Of a DNA stretch of 64,000 bases, positions 1-8,968 are shown in pieces. The stretch is from Nitrospirota bacterium (lineage in GTDB: Bacteria > Nitrospirota > UBA9217). The position numbers and the translations under genes were made by a program. The notes beneath the pieces are model-generated. The model was not told where the DNA came from, did not search any database, and saw only the letters and a program-made list of their open reading frames with translations. Every line of letters starts with the position of its first letter. Within the stretch, counting starts at the first letter, position 1. Location: contig CAVVUN010000015.1 of assembly GCA_963751455.1 (NCBI GenBank), positions 1,440,001 to 1,504,000 on the forward strand, read 5' to 3'.

Positions 1-411
1 GCGGTCAGGGATTACGCCCACTCGACGGCGCCCAACCGCCGCTACCCTGATGTGATCACGCAGCGGCTTTTGAAAGCAGCGCTTTCCGGCCAAGCTCTGC
101 CATACCAGCATGGCGAGCTCGATTCGCTCGCAAAGCATTGCACGGAAAAAGAGGATGCGGCGAAGAAAGTGGAGCGGCAGGTGCGGAAATCTGCAGCGGC
201 CATGCTGCTCGAATCAAGGATCGGAGAGCGCTTCGATGCTATTGTGACCGGCGCAGCTGAGAAGGGCACCTGGGTCCGTCTCCTGCATCCGCCGATCGAA
301 GGCCGGTTGTCGAGCGGTTTTGAAGGGCTTGACGTCGGCCATAAACTGCGGGTGAAGCTTATGAGCACGGATGTGGAGCGTGGGCATATAGACTTCAAGC
401 GTATAGAGTAA
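1..411 (+). CDS. RNB-domain exoribonuclease (RNase II/R family), C-terminal part; start lies upstream of the window
   Basis: Frame 1 is open from base 1 with the RNB motif YAHSTAPNRRYPD, followed by an S1-like C-terminus. Confidence 0.85.
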   Translation, partial: AVRDYAHSTAPNRRYPDVITQRLLKAALSGQALPYQHGELDSLAKHCTEKEDAAKKVERQVRKSAAAMLLESRIGERFDAIVTGAAEKGTWVRLLHPPIEGRLSSGFEGLDVGHKLRVKLMSTDVERGHIDFKRIE

Positions 412-538
412 TACCAGGACAGGGTAAACTTAATGAACGTTTTGTCCCACGTGTTATTTTAGTTTCGAGCTCTTTTCAGAACGGCGGAGACGTAAAACTT
501 TACTTTGCAGACTGCTCTCGTCAGCCGGCACTCTTTGG

Positions 539-588
539 ATGACAAGTGCTCCGCCCTGTGATAAAATATTGTACAAAATGTACAAAAT
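539..588 (+). promoter_or_regulatory. Sigma70-like promoter with tandem TGTACA operator of the TA operon
   Basis: ATGACA(539)-N17-TAAAAT(562), then TGTACAAAA twice (570, 579). Confidence 0.55.
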
Positions 589-611
589 AGCCTTTCTCCG
601 GGAGATCGCTC

Positions 612-881
612 ATGAAGACGGTCATATCCATATCTGAAGCCCGTAAACAATTGCCGGGCATCATAAAAAAGCTGAGAGAGTCGCCCGATACGGTATATCA
701 GGTGACGGTGCATGATGAAGTCGTTGCGGAAATCAAGACCTCTCCCAGGGTAAAACCGGGAGAAGCCGCTAAGCAGCTTCTTGCATTGCGGAAGCGAACC
801 GCGAAAAAAGGTAAAGCGAAAAAGTATCCCGTTTCGGAAAATATCAAGGCGCACCTTTACGTTGCCGAGGACAAGTCGTGA
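612..881 (+). CDS. Phd/YefM family antitoxin
   Basis: N-terminus ISISEARKQLPGII is Phd-like; GGAG RBS; overlaps the downstream PIN gene (GTGA). Confidence 0.8.
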   Translation: MKTVISISEARKQLPGIIKKLRESPDTVYQVTVHDEVVAEIKTSPRVKPGEAAKQLLALRKRTAKKGKAKKYPVSENIKAHLYVAEDKS

Positions 882-1300
882 ACTTTCCCCAGAGCAGGGC
901 CTTTTGCGATACATCATTTTTTTTTGCTTCGCTCTACACCGGGGACACGAACTATGACAGGGCAGGGGACATCCTCGCGGAGTGTCAGGCACGATCGATT
1001 ACGCTTCATACTACATGGGATATTGTCAGCGAGACCGTCACTCTTCTTCGCTATCGGGCAGGCTACAAGACAGCGGTTCAGTTTTTGGATGTGATAAAAC
1101 CGGCACTGGCGATCGTTCGGTATGATGATTCAGTCCGGTCGGCCGCGGAAAAAATATTTAAAAAGCTTTCAAAGGACAAAAAACTCTCCTACTGCGATGC
1201 GCTTTCTTTCGTGATCATCAACGGACTGCTCGATAATATGCCCTGCCTGACCTTTGACGGAGATTTCAGAAGTCTCGGACTTACGGTCTATCCGGAATAA
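878..1300 (+). CDS. vapC: VapC / PIN-domain toxin
   Basis: PIN acidic motifs DTSFF, ETVTLL, SYCDALS, TFDGDF; 140 aa. Confidence 0.9.
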   Translation: MNFPQSRAFCDTSFFFASLYTGDTNYDRAGDILAECQARSITLHTTWDIVSETVTLLRYRAGYKTAVQFLDVIKPALAIVRYDDSVRSAAEKIFKKLSKDKKLSYCDALSFVIINGLLDNMPCLTFDGDFRSLGLTVYPE

Positions 1301-1441
1301 ATGGAACCCTTAGGGGTCATCCCTGAAGATCGTGTTCTGGAGCGCTTATCAGGGCCGTGTTGCACTCTGGAGAGTTGATAGAAGCAGTTTTGGCTCGAGT
1401 GTTTTAAATCTTGGTAAGGCAGAGGCCGGATCGACAAGGCA

Positions 1442-2014
1442 ATGACAACAAACATCAAACGCTGCGCCTGGGCAACAGGCGATCCCCTTCTGACTGAGTA
1501 TCATGACAAGGAATGGGGCAGGCCTGTTCACGATGACAGAAAACTCTTCGAGTTTCTTATTCTGGAGGGTGCGCAGGCAGGCCTGTCATGGCTGACGGTT
1601 CTCAGGAAGCGCGAAAATTATCGCTCAGCTTTTGGCGGGTTCGATCCGGTTTCCATTGCCGGGTACAAAGAAGAGGACATTCAGCGCCTGCTTCAGAACG
1701 AAGGCATTATCCGCAATCGGTTAAAGATTGGAGCCTCGATCACGAATGCGAAGACGTTTCTCGCTGTGCAAAAGGAAATCGGGTCATTCGATGCATACAT
1801 CTGGAGCTTTGTCGGTGAGAAGACACTTAACCATCGCCTATCGTCCCGGAACCGGATACCGGCAACCACGAAGGAATCCGACGCCATGAGCAAAGACTTA
1901 AAAAAACGGGGCTTCAAATTCGTGGGTTCGACCATCTGTTACGCCTTTATGCAGGCCGTGGGAATGGTGAACGACCACACCACGGACTGTTTCCTGCATA
2001 AGAAGGCCAGATAA
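1442..2014 (+). CDS. tag: DNA-3-methyladenine glycosylase I
   Basis: RCAW, YHDKEWG, LEGAQAGLSW, GIIRNRLKI, MQAVGMVNDH motifs. Confidence 0.95.
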   Translation: MTTNIKRCAWATGDPLLTEYHDKEWGRPVHDDRKLFEFLILEGAQAGLSWLTVLRKRENYRSAFGGFDPVSIAGYKEEDIQRLLQNEGIIRNRLKIGASITNAKTFLAVQKEIGSFDAYIWSFVGEKTLNHRLSSRNRIPATTKESDAMSKDLKKRGFKFVGSTICYAFMQAVGMVNDHTTDCFLHKKAR

Positions 2015-2094
2015 CGGAAAAATCCAGGGGACGTTGAACCAGCGATTGTTTCTGTGCTTCCACAGGTCTTTAATACATATCCACAGGAGGATGT

Positions 2095-2889
2095 ATGAAT
2101 ATTCAGGACCTCATTGCGTTGGTGCAGAAATATTTAGAGCCCGGGCAGTTAAAGACCTTAATGGTGATCTTGGCAATTGCAGTCCCACTCTATATTTTAA
2201 TAAATCTATCCGGTTTCCTTGATTCCTTTTACAGTTTCCGAAAAAGAAAACAGGCGGTCATCAAGGATTACTTAGATAAAGATATTCCACGGGACGCTCA
2301 CACTGAAAAGGCGATTCTCGATGCCCGTGAAGCGCGGTATTTTAAGTACATTATAGGGATCTATGCCGAAGAGCAGTTCCGACACGCTTTAATACAGCTG
2401 CATGCCAAATTATCGCCGGCAGTGGATTGGAGGAAGATCCGAAAGGCACTGCGTTATTTACGGAACCGGGACGGGCAGATCCAGGTATCCTTGGGCTTGT
2501 CGGCTCTCATCGCTTATACATTATATTTTCCTCTCTATTTTCTTGTCAGTTATATTATTTTGATACTCGTTCACCAGTTCTTTCTGGAGCCTCTTCTGTT
2601 CCTTCAGACCGCGAACAAGATTGCCTATTCTCTGGCATATTCTGTTCTCTTCTGGGTACTGCTGCAGGAAATATGGACCATCAATTCCGCTGTTTATATA
2701 TGGAAGAAGCTGAATAGCGGAAAAACCAGGCTGGACCTGGTGAAGATCATAGTAAAATCCACATTCAACAAGGAGACCAGGCTGGATCCCCGCTATTCGG
2801 TCAATATCCGAGGTTTTCAGAAAAACCGCCTTTATGATGTGGGTCATATTCTAACTTTTGGCCGCTATGGTATTCTTTCTTCGTTTTGA
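2095..2889 (+). CDS. Hypothetical membrane protein (about 3 TM)
   Basis: AGGAGG RBS; hydrophobic segments; AT-richer than neighbours; no family recognised. Confidence 0.65.
   Translation: MNIQDLIALVQKYLEPGQLKTLMVILAIAVPLYILINLSGFLDSFYSFRKRKQAVIKDYLDKDIPRDAHTEKAILDAREARYFKYIIGIYAEEQFRHALIQLHAKLSPAVDWRKIRKALRYLRNRDGQIQVSLGLSALIAYTLYFPLYFLVSYIILILVHQFFLEPLLFLQTANKIAYSLAYSVLFWVLLQEIWTINSAVYIWKKLNSGKTRLDLVKIIVKSTFNKETRLDPRYSVNIRGFQKNRLYDVGHILTFGRYGILSSF
2833..2876 (+). promoter_or_regulatory. CRP/FNR-family (HcpR/Dnr-like) site and extended -10 promoter of the nitrite reductase gene
   Basis: Palindrome TATGA-N6-TCATA at 2833-2848; TGgTATTCT with -10 at 2871-2876; class II spacing. Confidence 0.55.
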
Positions 2890-2920
2890 TAGCGGTTACC
2901 CATTCCATAAGGAGGCGAAT

Positions 2921-4609
2921 ATGCAGAAAAGGGTTGTTGCAACAGTTGCAGCATTGTTGATCGGCATCATGATAAACGGCACCAGCAACGCTGAAGAGGG
3001 CCGGTACAAAAAGGCAGGTGGAGTAAAAGCCGCAGGCGAGAAGAATGCTGATGTGAAGACCTGCTACGAGTGCCATGACCCGGTGAAGCAGCTTCACACC
3101 ATGGGCAAGCACATCAAGGTCAATTGCGTGAATTGTCACAGCGGTCTCGCCAGGCACTTGACGAACCCGGGTCCCGACACCCGCCCGGGCACGGACACGT
3201 CCTGGGAAGCCTGCGGCAAGTGCCACAAGGACCAGTTCGAAAGTTTCATGCAGGTCGCAAAGCACCGTCCTGCCCGTGACGAAAAATCGCAGCTGACGAA
3301 CAGGGCGCCCAACCCCTTCTGGGATAAACTGATGGCGGGTCACGGGTTTACCAAGGAGCATGACCTTACCCGCAGCCATGTAAACATGCTGCCCGACCAC
3401 CTTGTCGTGGACCGGTCTTATGGCGGCAGGTTTCAACCCAGGAACGGCTGGCAGTATGTCAACGAGAAGGGCAAGGCCTGGGACATCTTGATTGATACTC
3501 ATCCCGAGTCCAGGGAGCAGAAGACCTTTCTGACCCAAGGCGCTGCCGCGGCAAACCCGGTTTGCCTCCAGTGCAAGAGCCAGGACCAGATCCTGAAGTG
3601 GTCCTACCTCGGCACTAAGGTCGAAGGCAAGACAACGTGGGACCGCACTTCGAACGTCGTCGAACTTGCGAAGGACCTGAACCACGGGCTCAACTGTTTC
3701 TATTGCCATGACCCTCATGCAGCCAAGCCTCGAGTCGTGCGCGACGGCCTGATCGCGGCGCTTACCCGCCAGGAGGCCGACACGCTCTGGCACAAGGACC
3801 CGAAGCATACAAACTTCAAGGTCATCGACATGGGTTTGCGCGGCTTCGACCGCAAGATAGCGATCCTCGAAAAATACGACACCAGGCTCCAATGCGGTCA
3901 GTGCCACGTAGAGTACAACTGCAACGACGGCTACGACCCCGGGAACCCGGATACCTCCAGGAAGAGTGTGGGCTACAACAGTCCGCTCACGAATCACTTC
4001 CCCTATAAGGACGTCTTCGGGCTCTATGACCATTACGTGAACCAGGTCAACTTCCTCGACTTCAAGCACGCCATCACCGGAGGGCTGCTCTGGAAGGCGC
4101 AGCATCCCGAATCAGAAAGCTTCTACAACTCGAAGCATGCCAAGGCCGGCGCGGGATGCGACTCCTGCCATACGCCGAAGATGAAGAACAAGCAGGGCAA
4201 GGTCTTTACGTCGCACTTTGCAGTGACGCCTCGCGTGCAGGTGAAGGAGACGTGCCTCACCTCCAAGTGCCATCCAAAATGGTCCGAGCAGGATGCGGTC
4301 TACGCCATGGATTCGGTGAAGGCCCACATCCGGGGCAAAATGCGCAAGGCGGAGTTCCGCATTTCAGCGCTGATCGACAAAATCGCGGCGGCAAAGGCGG
4401 CAGGAGTGGATGCCGGGGTGATCAAGAAAGCCCGGGACCAGCACCTGAAGGCGCACATCCTCTGGGAGTATTGGACAGCCGAGAATTCAGACGGGTTCCA
4501 TAACCCCGACATGGCCAAAGAGTCGCTCCTCAAGTCGGCCCAGGCAGCCTTTGACGGTATAAAGATCATCGACGACGCCTTGGTCCCGAAGACCGGATCC
4601 GCACATTAG
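2921..4609 (+). CDS. nrfA: Octaheme ammonia-forming cytochrome c nitrite reductase (ONR/TvNiR-like, NrfA c552 family)
   Basis: Signal peptide; CYECH, CVNCH, CGKCH, active-site CLQCK, CFYCH, CGQCHVEY, CDSCH, CLTSKCH; KAQHPE and AENSDGFHNP motifs; GGAGG RBS before ATG 2921. Confidence 0.9.
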   Translation: MQKRVVATVAALLIGIMINGTSNAEEGRYKKAGGVKAAGEKNADVKTCYECHDPVKQLHTMGKHIKVNCVNCHSGLARHLTNPGPDTRPGTDTSWEACGKCHKDQFESFMQVAKHRPARDEKSQLTNRAPNPFWDKLMAGHGFTKEHDLTRSHVNMLPDHLVVDRSYGGRFQPRNGWQYVNEKGKAWDILIDTHPESREQKTFLTQGAAAANPVCLQCKSQDQILKWSYLGTKVEGKTTWDRTSNVVELAKDLNHGLNCFYCHDPHAAKPRVVRDGLIAALTRQEADTLWHKDPKHTNFKVIDMGLRGFDRKIAILEKYDTRLQCGQCHVEYNCNDGYDPGNPDTSRKSVGYNSPLTNHFPYKDVFGLYDHYVNQVNFLDFKHAITGGLLWKAQHPESESFYNSKHAKAGAGCDSCHTPKMKNKQGKVFTSHFAVTPRVQVKETCLTSKCHPKWSEQDAVYAMDSVKAHIRGKMRKAEFRISALIDKIAAAKAAGVDAGVIKKARDQHLKAHILWEYWTAENSDGFHNPDMAKESLLKSAQAAFDGIKIIDDALVPKTGSAH

Positions 4610-4844
4610 CCGAACGGCGGGGCCAAAGAGGATGGCATCGGGTCACGCCCTGTCTTTCAAGACTCACTCAGCTAATCAAGGTCAAGGAACCGGGCAATGC
4701 CTTTTTTATTTTTTACCCGGAACCAGGGGGCACCAGTCGAAAATAATTGTGCTATATTTACTTAGTTTTCAGTGCCGCCCTCTCGCGTAAGGCGGACCGT
4801 ATTCGGCAGGCAATAGCCAGGGCATTTTAAGAAAAGGAGGTTGC

Positions 4845-5003
4845 ATGGATAAGTGGAAATGCACGGTTTGCGACTGGACCTATGATCCGGCAGCAGGCGA
4901 CCCTGACGGAGGCATCGCCCCCGGCACGCCCTTTGAAAAGATACCCGATTCCTGGGTGTGTCCTGTATGCGGTGCGGGCAAAGACGAATTTGTAAAAATG
5001 TAG
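4845..5003 (+). CDS. Rubredoxin (52 aa, below the ORF-track cutoff)
   Basis: Hand translation [52 protein letters not shown]; AGGAGG RBS. Confidence 0.95.
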   Translation: MDKWKCTVCDWTYDPAAGDPDGGIAPGTPFEKIPDSWVCPVCGAGKDEFVKM

Positions 5004-5049
5004 ATTGGGTTTCAGCGCTTCATAGTTTTTTCAACCACTCGGAGGTGCC

Positions 5050-5751
5050 ATGTCAAAGAAAACAGCTTTCCTGATTTTTATTCTGGGTACCCTTTCCTCT
5101 GGAGTTCTCTTCCTCTATCTTACCTGGGACACTCACCAGCAGGTAAAGATCCTGTCGAATGCGGACAAACTTTCAGAACAAGTGATCCAGGGAAAAAGAG
5201 CATTTGAAAAGTACAACTGCAACGACTGCCACACCATCCTCGGTTTCGGCGCGTATTACGCTCCGGATCTTACCAAGGTGGTCCGGCGCGTAGGGGAAGA
5301 CGGCATCCGCTTCCGGATCAAAGACCCGGGCAAGGCGTTCGCAGCATCATGGCGCAAGATGCCGAACCAGAACGTGAGCGACGCCGAGATTGACAGCCTT
5401 GTTGCTTTTTTCGCCTGGGTAGGGAACATCGACAACGGGGACTGGCCGCCGCAGGACAGCAAGGCGCAGTTCACGCGCGGCGAGCAACGAATGGTCGCCG
5501 GTGCGGGTGTCTCGCCGGGAGCTGCGGTGTTTAAGTCGCGAGGGTGCATGAACTGCCATTCGCTTCACGGCAAGGGCGGCTCGGCCGGACCGCCGCTGGA
5601 TACCGTGGGCAGGAGAATGAACAGGGAACAGCTTGAGCACTATATAAAAGATCCGAAAAGCGTTAATCCCAAGGCGATGATGCCGCCCCAGAAAGACCTG
5701 TCCGAAAAAGAACTGGAAGCAGTGGCCGGGTTCCTGGAAAATCTAAAATAG
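5050..5751 (+). CDS. norC: Nitric oxide reductase cytochrome c subunit, diheme form
   Basis: N-terminal TM, CNDCHTILGFGAYYAPDLT, second cytochrome domain CMNCH...MMPP; directly precedes norB. Confidence 0.88.
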   Translation: MSKKTAFLIFILGTLSSGVLFLYLTWDTHQQVKILSNADKLSEQVIQGKRAFEKYNCNDCHTILGFGAYYAPDLTKVVRRVGEDGIRFRIKDPGKAFAASWRKMPNQNVSDAEIDSLVAFFAWVGNIDNGDWPPQDSKAQFTRGEQRMVAGAGVSPGAAVFKSRGCMNCHSLHGKGGSAGPPLDTVGRRMNREQLEHYIKDPKSVNPKAMMPPQKDLSEKELEAVAGFLENLK

Positions 5752-5757
5752 GAGGAC

Positions 5758-7089
5758 ATGATGGAATACCGATCACAAAAAATAGCGTACTGGTATTTTG
5801 CTGTTGCCCTGCTCCTGTTCTCTCTTCAGGTCGTGCTTGGGCTCTGGCTTGCCTTCAGTTACAGCTTTACGGTGCCGCAGCAGATCGTCGACGTCTTTCC
5901 CTTTGCAACGGCGCGGGCCATGCATACGAACCTCCTCGTTCTCTGGATGCTGCTCGGATTCATGGGCGGCACATACTATATTGTGCCTGAGGAAACCAAA
6001 AGCGAGATCTATTCCGAAAAGCTCGCCTGGTTCCAGCTTGCGGCCCTGGTCGCAACGGGAGTGACGGCGCTGGTCGGGTTCTTCTTCGGCTGGACGCAGG
6101 GCCGTCCGCTCCTGGAAATACCGACAAGCCTCGATCTTGTCGTGGTCGTGGGCGCCCTCGTGTTCCTGTTCAACGTGGGGATGACGATGATCCTGGCGAA
6201 ACGCTGGACTGCTATCCAGGGCACGCTCCTGGGCGGACTCGTGTTTCTCGCGCTCCTGTATCTCTTCGGCATACCGTTCTATGACAACGAAGTGATTGAC
6301 TGGTACTACTGGTGGTGGGTCATCCATCTCTGGGTTGAAGGGGCATGGGAACTGGTCACGGCAGCGATCTTCGCTTTCGTCCTGATGAAACTGACCGGTG
6401 TGGACCGTCACGTGGTCGAAAAATGGCTGTACGTCGAAATCGGCCTCTTTCTCTTTACCGGGATCGCGGGCACGGGCCACCACTACTACTGGATCGGGGC
6501 TCCCCAGTACTGGCTCTGGATCGGCGGCGTGTTCTCGGCGCTGGAACCGCTCCCGATCCTGCTTATGCTGATCGATACGATGATGCATGTCAGGGATAGG
6601 AAGGCGAAGATCAAAAATCAACTGACTTGGACCATTGCGATAGGCTGCGCCGTCATGCACTTTATCGGCGCCGGCATATGGGGCTTCATGCATACCCTGC
6701 CGCAGATCAACTACTACACGCACGGGTCGCAGGTAACGGTTTCCCATGGCCATCTCGCCTTCTTCGGGGCCTACGCGCTCCTGAACATCATGGTCTTTTA
6801 TTTTGCCATGCCGAAACTGAAGGGGATCGATGTATACGATCCGAAGCGCGGAACGATCGCCTTCTGGATCATGACCTCATCCATGATGCTCATGGGCATC
6901 TCCCTGGGCGTGGCGGGTGTTGTGCAGTCATACCTCGAACGGGTGCTCGGCATGGGATACATGGTGGCCCAATCGTACATGCGGCTCTGGATGGGCGTGA
7001 CCTTCTTTCTCGGGATCTGTTTTTTCATAGGGGTAGCCATCATGGTTCTGGACCTCTTGACGCTGCGGCCTCTGCGAAAGACTGTCTGA
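5758..7089 (+). CDS. norB: Nitric oxide reductase large subunit (cNOR)
   Basis: ARAMHTN, WWVIHLWVEGAWE, GTGHHYYWIG, ALEP, SHGHLAFFGAY; about 12 TM, 443 aa. Confidence 0.93.
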   Translation: MMEYRSQKIAYWYFAVALLLFSLQVVLGLWLAFSYSFTVPQQIVDVFPFATARAMHTNLLVLWMLLGFMGGTYYIVPEETKSEIYSEKLAWFQLAALVATGVTALVGFFFGWTQGRPLLEIPTSLDLVVVVGALVFLFNVGMTMILAKRWTAIQGTLLGGLVFLALLYLFGIPFYDNEVIDWYYWWWVIHLWVEGAWELVTAAIFAFVLMKLTGVDRHVVEKWLYVEIGLFLFTGIAGTGHHYYWIGAPQYWLWIGGVFSALEPLPILLMLIDTMMHVRDRKAKIKNQLTWTIAIGCAVMHFIGAGIWGFMHTLPQINYYTHGSQVTVSHGHLAFFGAYALLNIMVFYFAMPKLKGIDVYDPKRGTIAFWIMTSSMMLMGISLGVAGVVQSYLERVLGMGYMVAQSYMRLWMGVTFFLGICFFIGVAIMVLDLLTLRPLRKTV

Positions 7090-7107
7090 ACCCCGGAAAA
7101 CCCTCTT

Positions 7108-7135
7108 GCCCCTGCCCAGTCGGCAGGGGCTTTTT
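7108..7135 (+). terminator. Intrinsic terminator after norB
   Basis: GCCCCTGCC-cagtc-GGCAGGGGC followed by TTTTT. Confidence 0.8.
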
Positions 7136-7148
7136 AGTACAGCGACAT

Positions 7149-7204
7149 CTCAGGACATCGGCAAGCTCAGGACAGGCCCTTCGGCTATGCTCAGGACAGG
7201 CTTC
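7149..7204. repeat. Short tandem REP-like repeat
   Basis: Three copies of CTCAGGACA; two within TCGGC-N-GCTCAGGACAGG units. Confidence 0.6.
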
Positions 7205-7237
7205 ACTGCACCAGCATTGGGTTTCCTGTATTTTCGG

Positions 7238-7265
7238 TTGACTGATTTCCGGATAACGGTATAAT
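7238..7265 (+). promoter_or_regulatory. Sigma70 promoter, probably leaderless transcript
   Basis: TTGACT-N16-TATAAT, 7 nt before ATG 7273; no SD. Confidence 0.6.
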
Positions 7266-7272
7266 GCCTTCC

Positions 7273-8685
7273 ATGCGGGAACTGCTCAAAGGCGAGGAAT
7301 TTTACGACGGTACGGCGCTGCTGGGGGATCCGGTTCACGGCTATATCTCGTTTACGACTCCGCGCGGCGGGGGCGAGAAGACCGAAAAGGACCTGATCGA
7401 CAACCCCTGGATGCAGCGGCTGAGGCAGATCTACCAGCTCCAGAGCGCGCGCTGGGTCTATCCTTCGGCCGAGCACAGCAGGTTCCAGCATTCTCTCGGC
7501 GCAATGAATCTTGCCGGCAGGTTTGCCCGGCACCTGCATCCCTCCCTTAAGGCAACGGTTCCCGACTGTCCTTCCGCTAGTTATATAGAAGAGCTGCTTC
7601 GCGTTGCTGCACTGCTGCATGATGTTGGCCATGGCCCCTTCGGCCATTTTTTCGATGACAACTACCTCGAGCATTTCGGCCTTACGCACGAAAAAGTCGG
7701 TCAGTACATCATCAAGAACGAACTCGGGGAAAGCATCAAGGCGATCCGCAGAAGTCCCGTAGGCGAGTTCTCGAAAGGGGACCCGAAGCTCAGCCCTGAG
7801 CAGATCGCGTTCCTGATCGGGAAGGGCCCGGCGAGCACAATCAAACAGCCGCGGTGGCTCCAGTTTCTTCAGCCCCTTCTGTCCGGCATCTACACCGTGG
7901 ACAACCTCGACTATGTTCTCCGGGACGCGTACATGTGCGGCGTTGCGATCGGTGCGGTTGACATAGACCGCCTGATGTACTATACGTTCTTTACGGACAA
8001 GGGCCTTACCCTGCACAAGTCCGGCCTATCAGCGCTCAATATGTTTCTGAATGCCCGGCTCTACATGTATACAAACGTGTATTATCACCGGACCACGCGC
8101 GCGATCGACGAGCACCTGAAGGAGCTTTTTAAAGACACCATGGCCTCGCTTTTTCCCTACAACCCCCTTGAGAACCTCGATGAATATCTCGAGCTGACGG
8201 ACTGGTCCCTGCTCGAAGGCGTGCGCAGGTGGGGCAAAAAGGACAATGGAGCAACGGCAGGGCTCGGACGTCAGTGGGGCGCTATCCTTTCCCGCGAAGT
8301 GAAATGGAAAATGGCCTATGATATAACCCTGTCCATGCGGGCCTTTGAAAAGGGCAAGACTCTTATCGATGCGGCAGAGTTGACGAAGCGAATAAGAAAG
8401 AACCTGCCCCAGAAAATCAAGGACCTGGAATTCCGGGTCGACATGGCGAGCCAGGACCCGCGGCCGATCAACCCCCTTATGATGGGCGAACGCCAGATCC
8501 ACGTATTCAATCCATCGACCCACAAAGTGGAGAAAGAACCGCTCAAGGATTTTTTCGATTATATCCCCGCGCGCGTGGTCCAGTGCCGTGTATTCACGCT
8601 GAACCACGATCATGATTTGATTCTGTCCGAGATAGTTGAAAAGGTCCTCGGGATCCAGGAAGACAGCATCAAAACGAACGTCTGA
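7273..8685 (+). CDS. HD-domain phosphohydrolase (dNTPase/SAMHD1-like)
   Basis: DPVHG, QRLRQIYQL, HSRFQHSLG, LLHDVGHGPFGH, DNLDYVLRD, VYYH; start moved to 7273 because ATG 7264 overlaps the -10 box. Confidence 0.88.
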   Translation: MRELLKGEEFYDGTALLGDPVHGYISFTTPRGGGEKTEKDLIDNPWMQRLRQIYQLQSARWVYPSAEHSRFQHSLGAMNLAGRFARHLHPSLKATVPDCPSASYIEELLRVAALLHDVGHGPFGHFFDDNYLEHFGLTHEKVGQYIIKNELGESIKAIRRSPVGEFSKGDPKLSPEQIAFLIGKGPASTIKQPRWLQFLQPLLSGIYTVDNLDYVLRDAYMCGVAIGAVDIDRLMYYTFFTDKGLTLHKSGLSALNMFLNARLYMYTNVYYHRTTRAIDEHLKELFKDTMASLFPYNPLENLDEYLELTDWSLLEGVRRWGKKDNGATAGLGRQWGAILSREVKWKMAYDITLSMRAFEKGKTLIDAAELTKRIRKNLPQKIKDLEFRVDMASQDPRPINPLMMGERQIHVFNPSTHKVEKEPLKDFFDYIPARVVQCRVFTLNHDHDLILSEIVEKVLGIQEDSIKTNV

Positions 8686-8968
8686 ACATACCTCTGGTGT
8701 CACGCTCTTTGATTTGGCAGCCGCAAACTACAGTTTGTATTTTTTCCATATCGTTATAACATCCTTATATCCGGGACGCTGCTTTGGCTCGACGTCACGC
8801 TCAGGTCCTTCCTGTCCGGACCTTTCCTGCAGAGGAGAGGGAAATTAATGATAGAAAACGAGTACTTACGGCTTCACATTATTATTATTTTGAGGTAATT
8901 TTCCCTTTTTTCGCGGTCCTGTTTGGGGTATACTTTTGTGTGACCGGGGGCCCTGTTCGGGGAGGGGA

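Noticed and set aside
412-2094. Integron cassette array (TA, tag, orphan ORF in tandem)
   Set aside because: No convincing attC sites and no integrase in the window.
2801-4105. Long antisense ORFs (also 5773-6753, 14888-15817, 49361-50587, 54703-56274, 61460-62404)
   Set aside because: Shadow frames of codon-biased genes on the opposite strand; no motifs or RBS.
7149-7204. Possible mini CRISPR array (CTCAGGACA repeats)
   Set aside because: Units are about 17-24 bp with no unique 30-40 bp spacers, and no cas genes are present.
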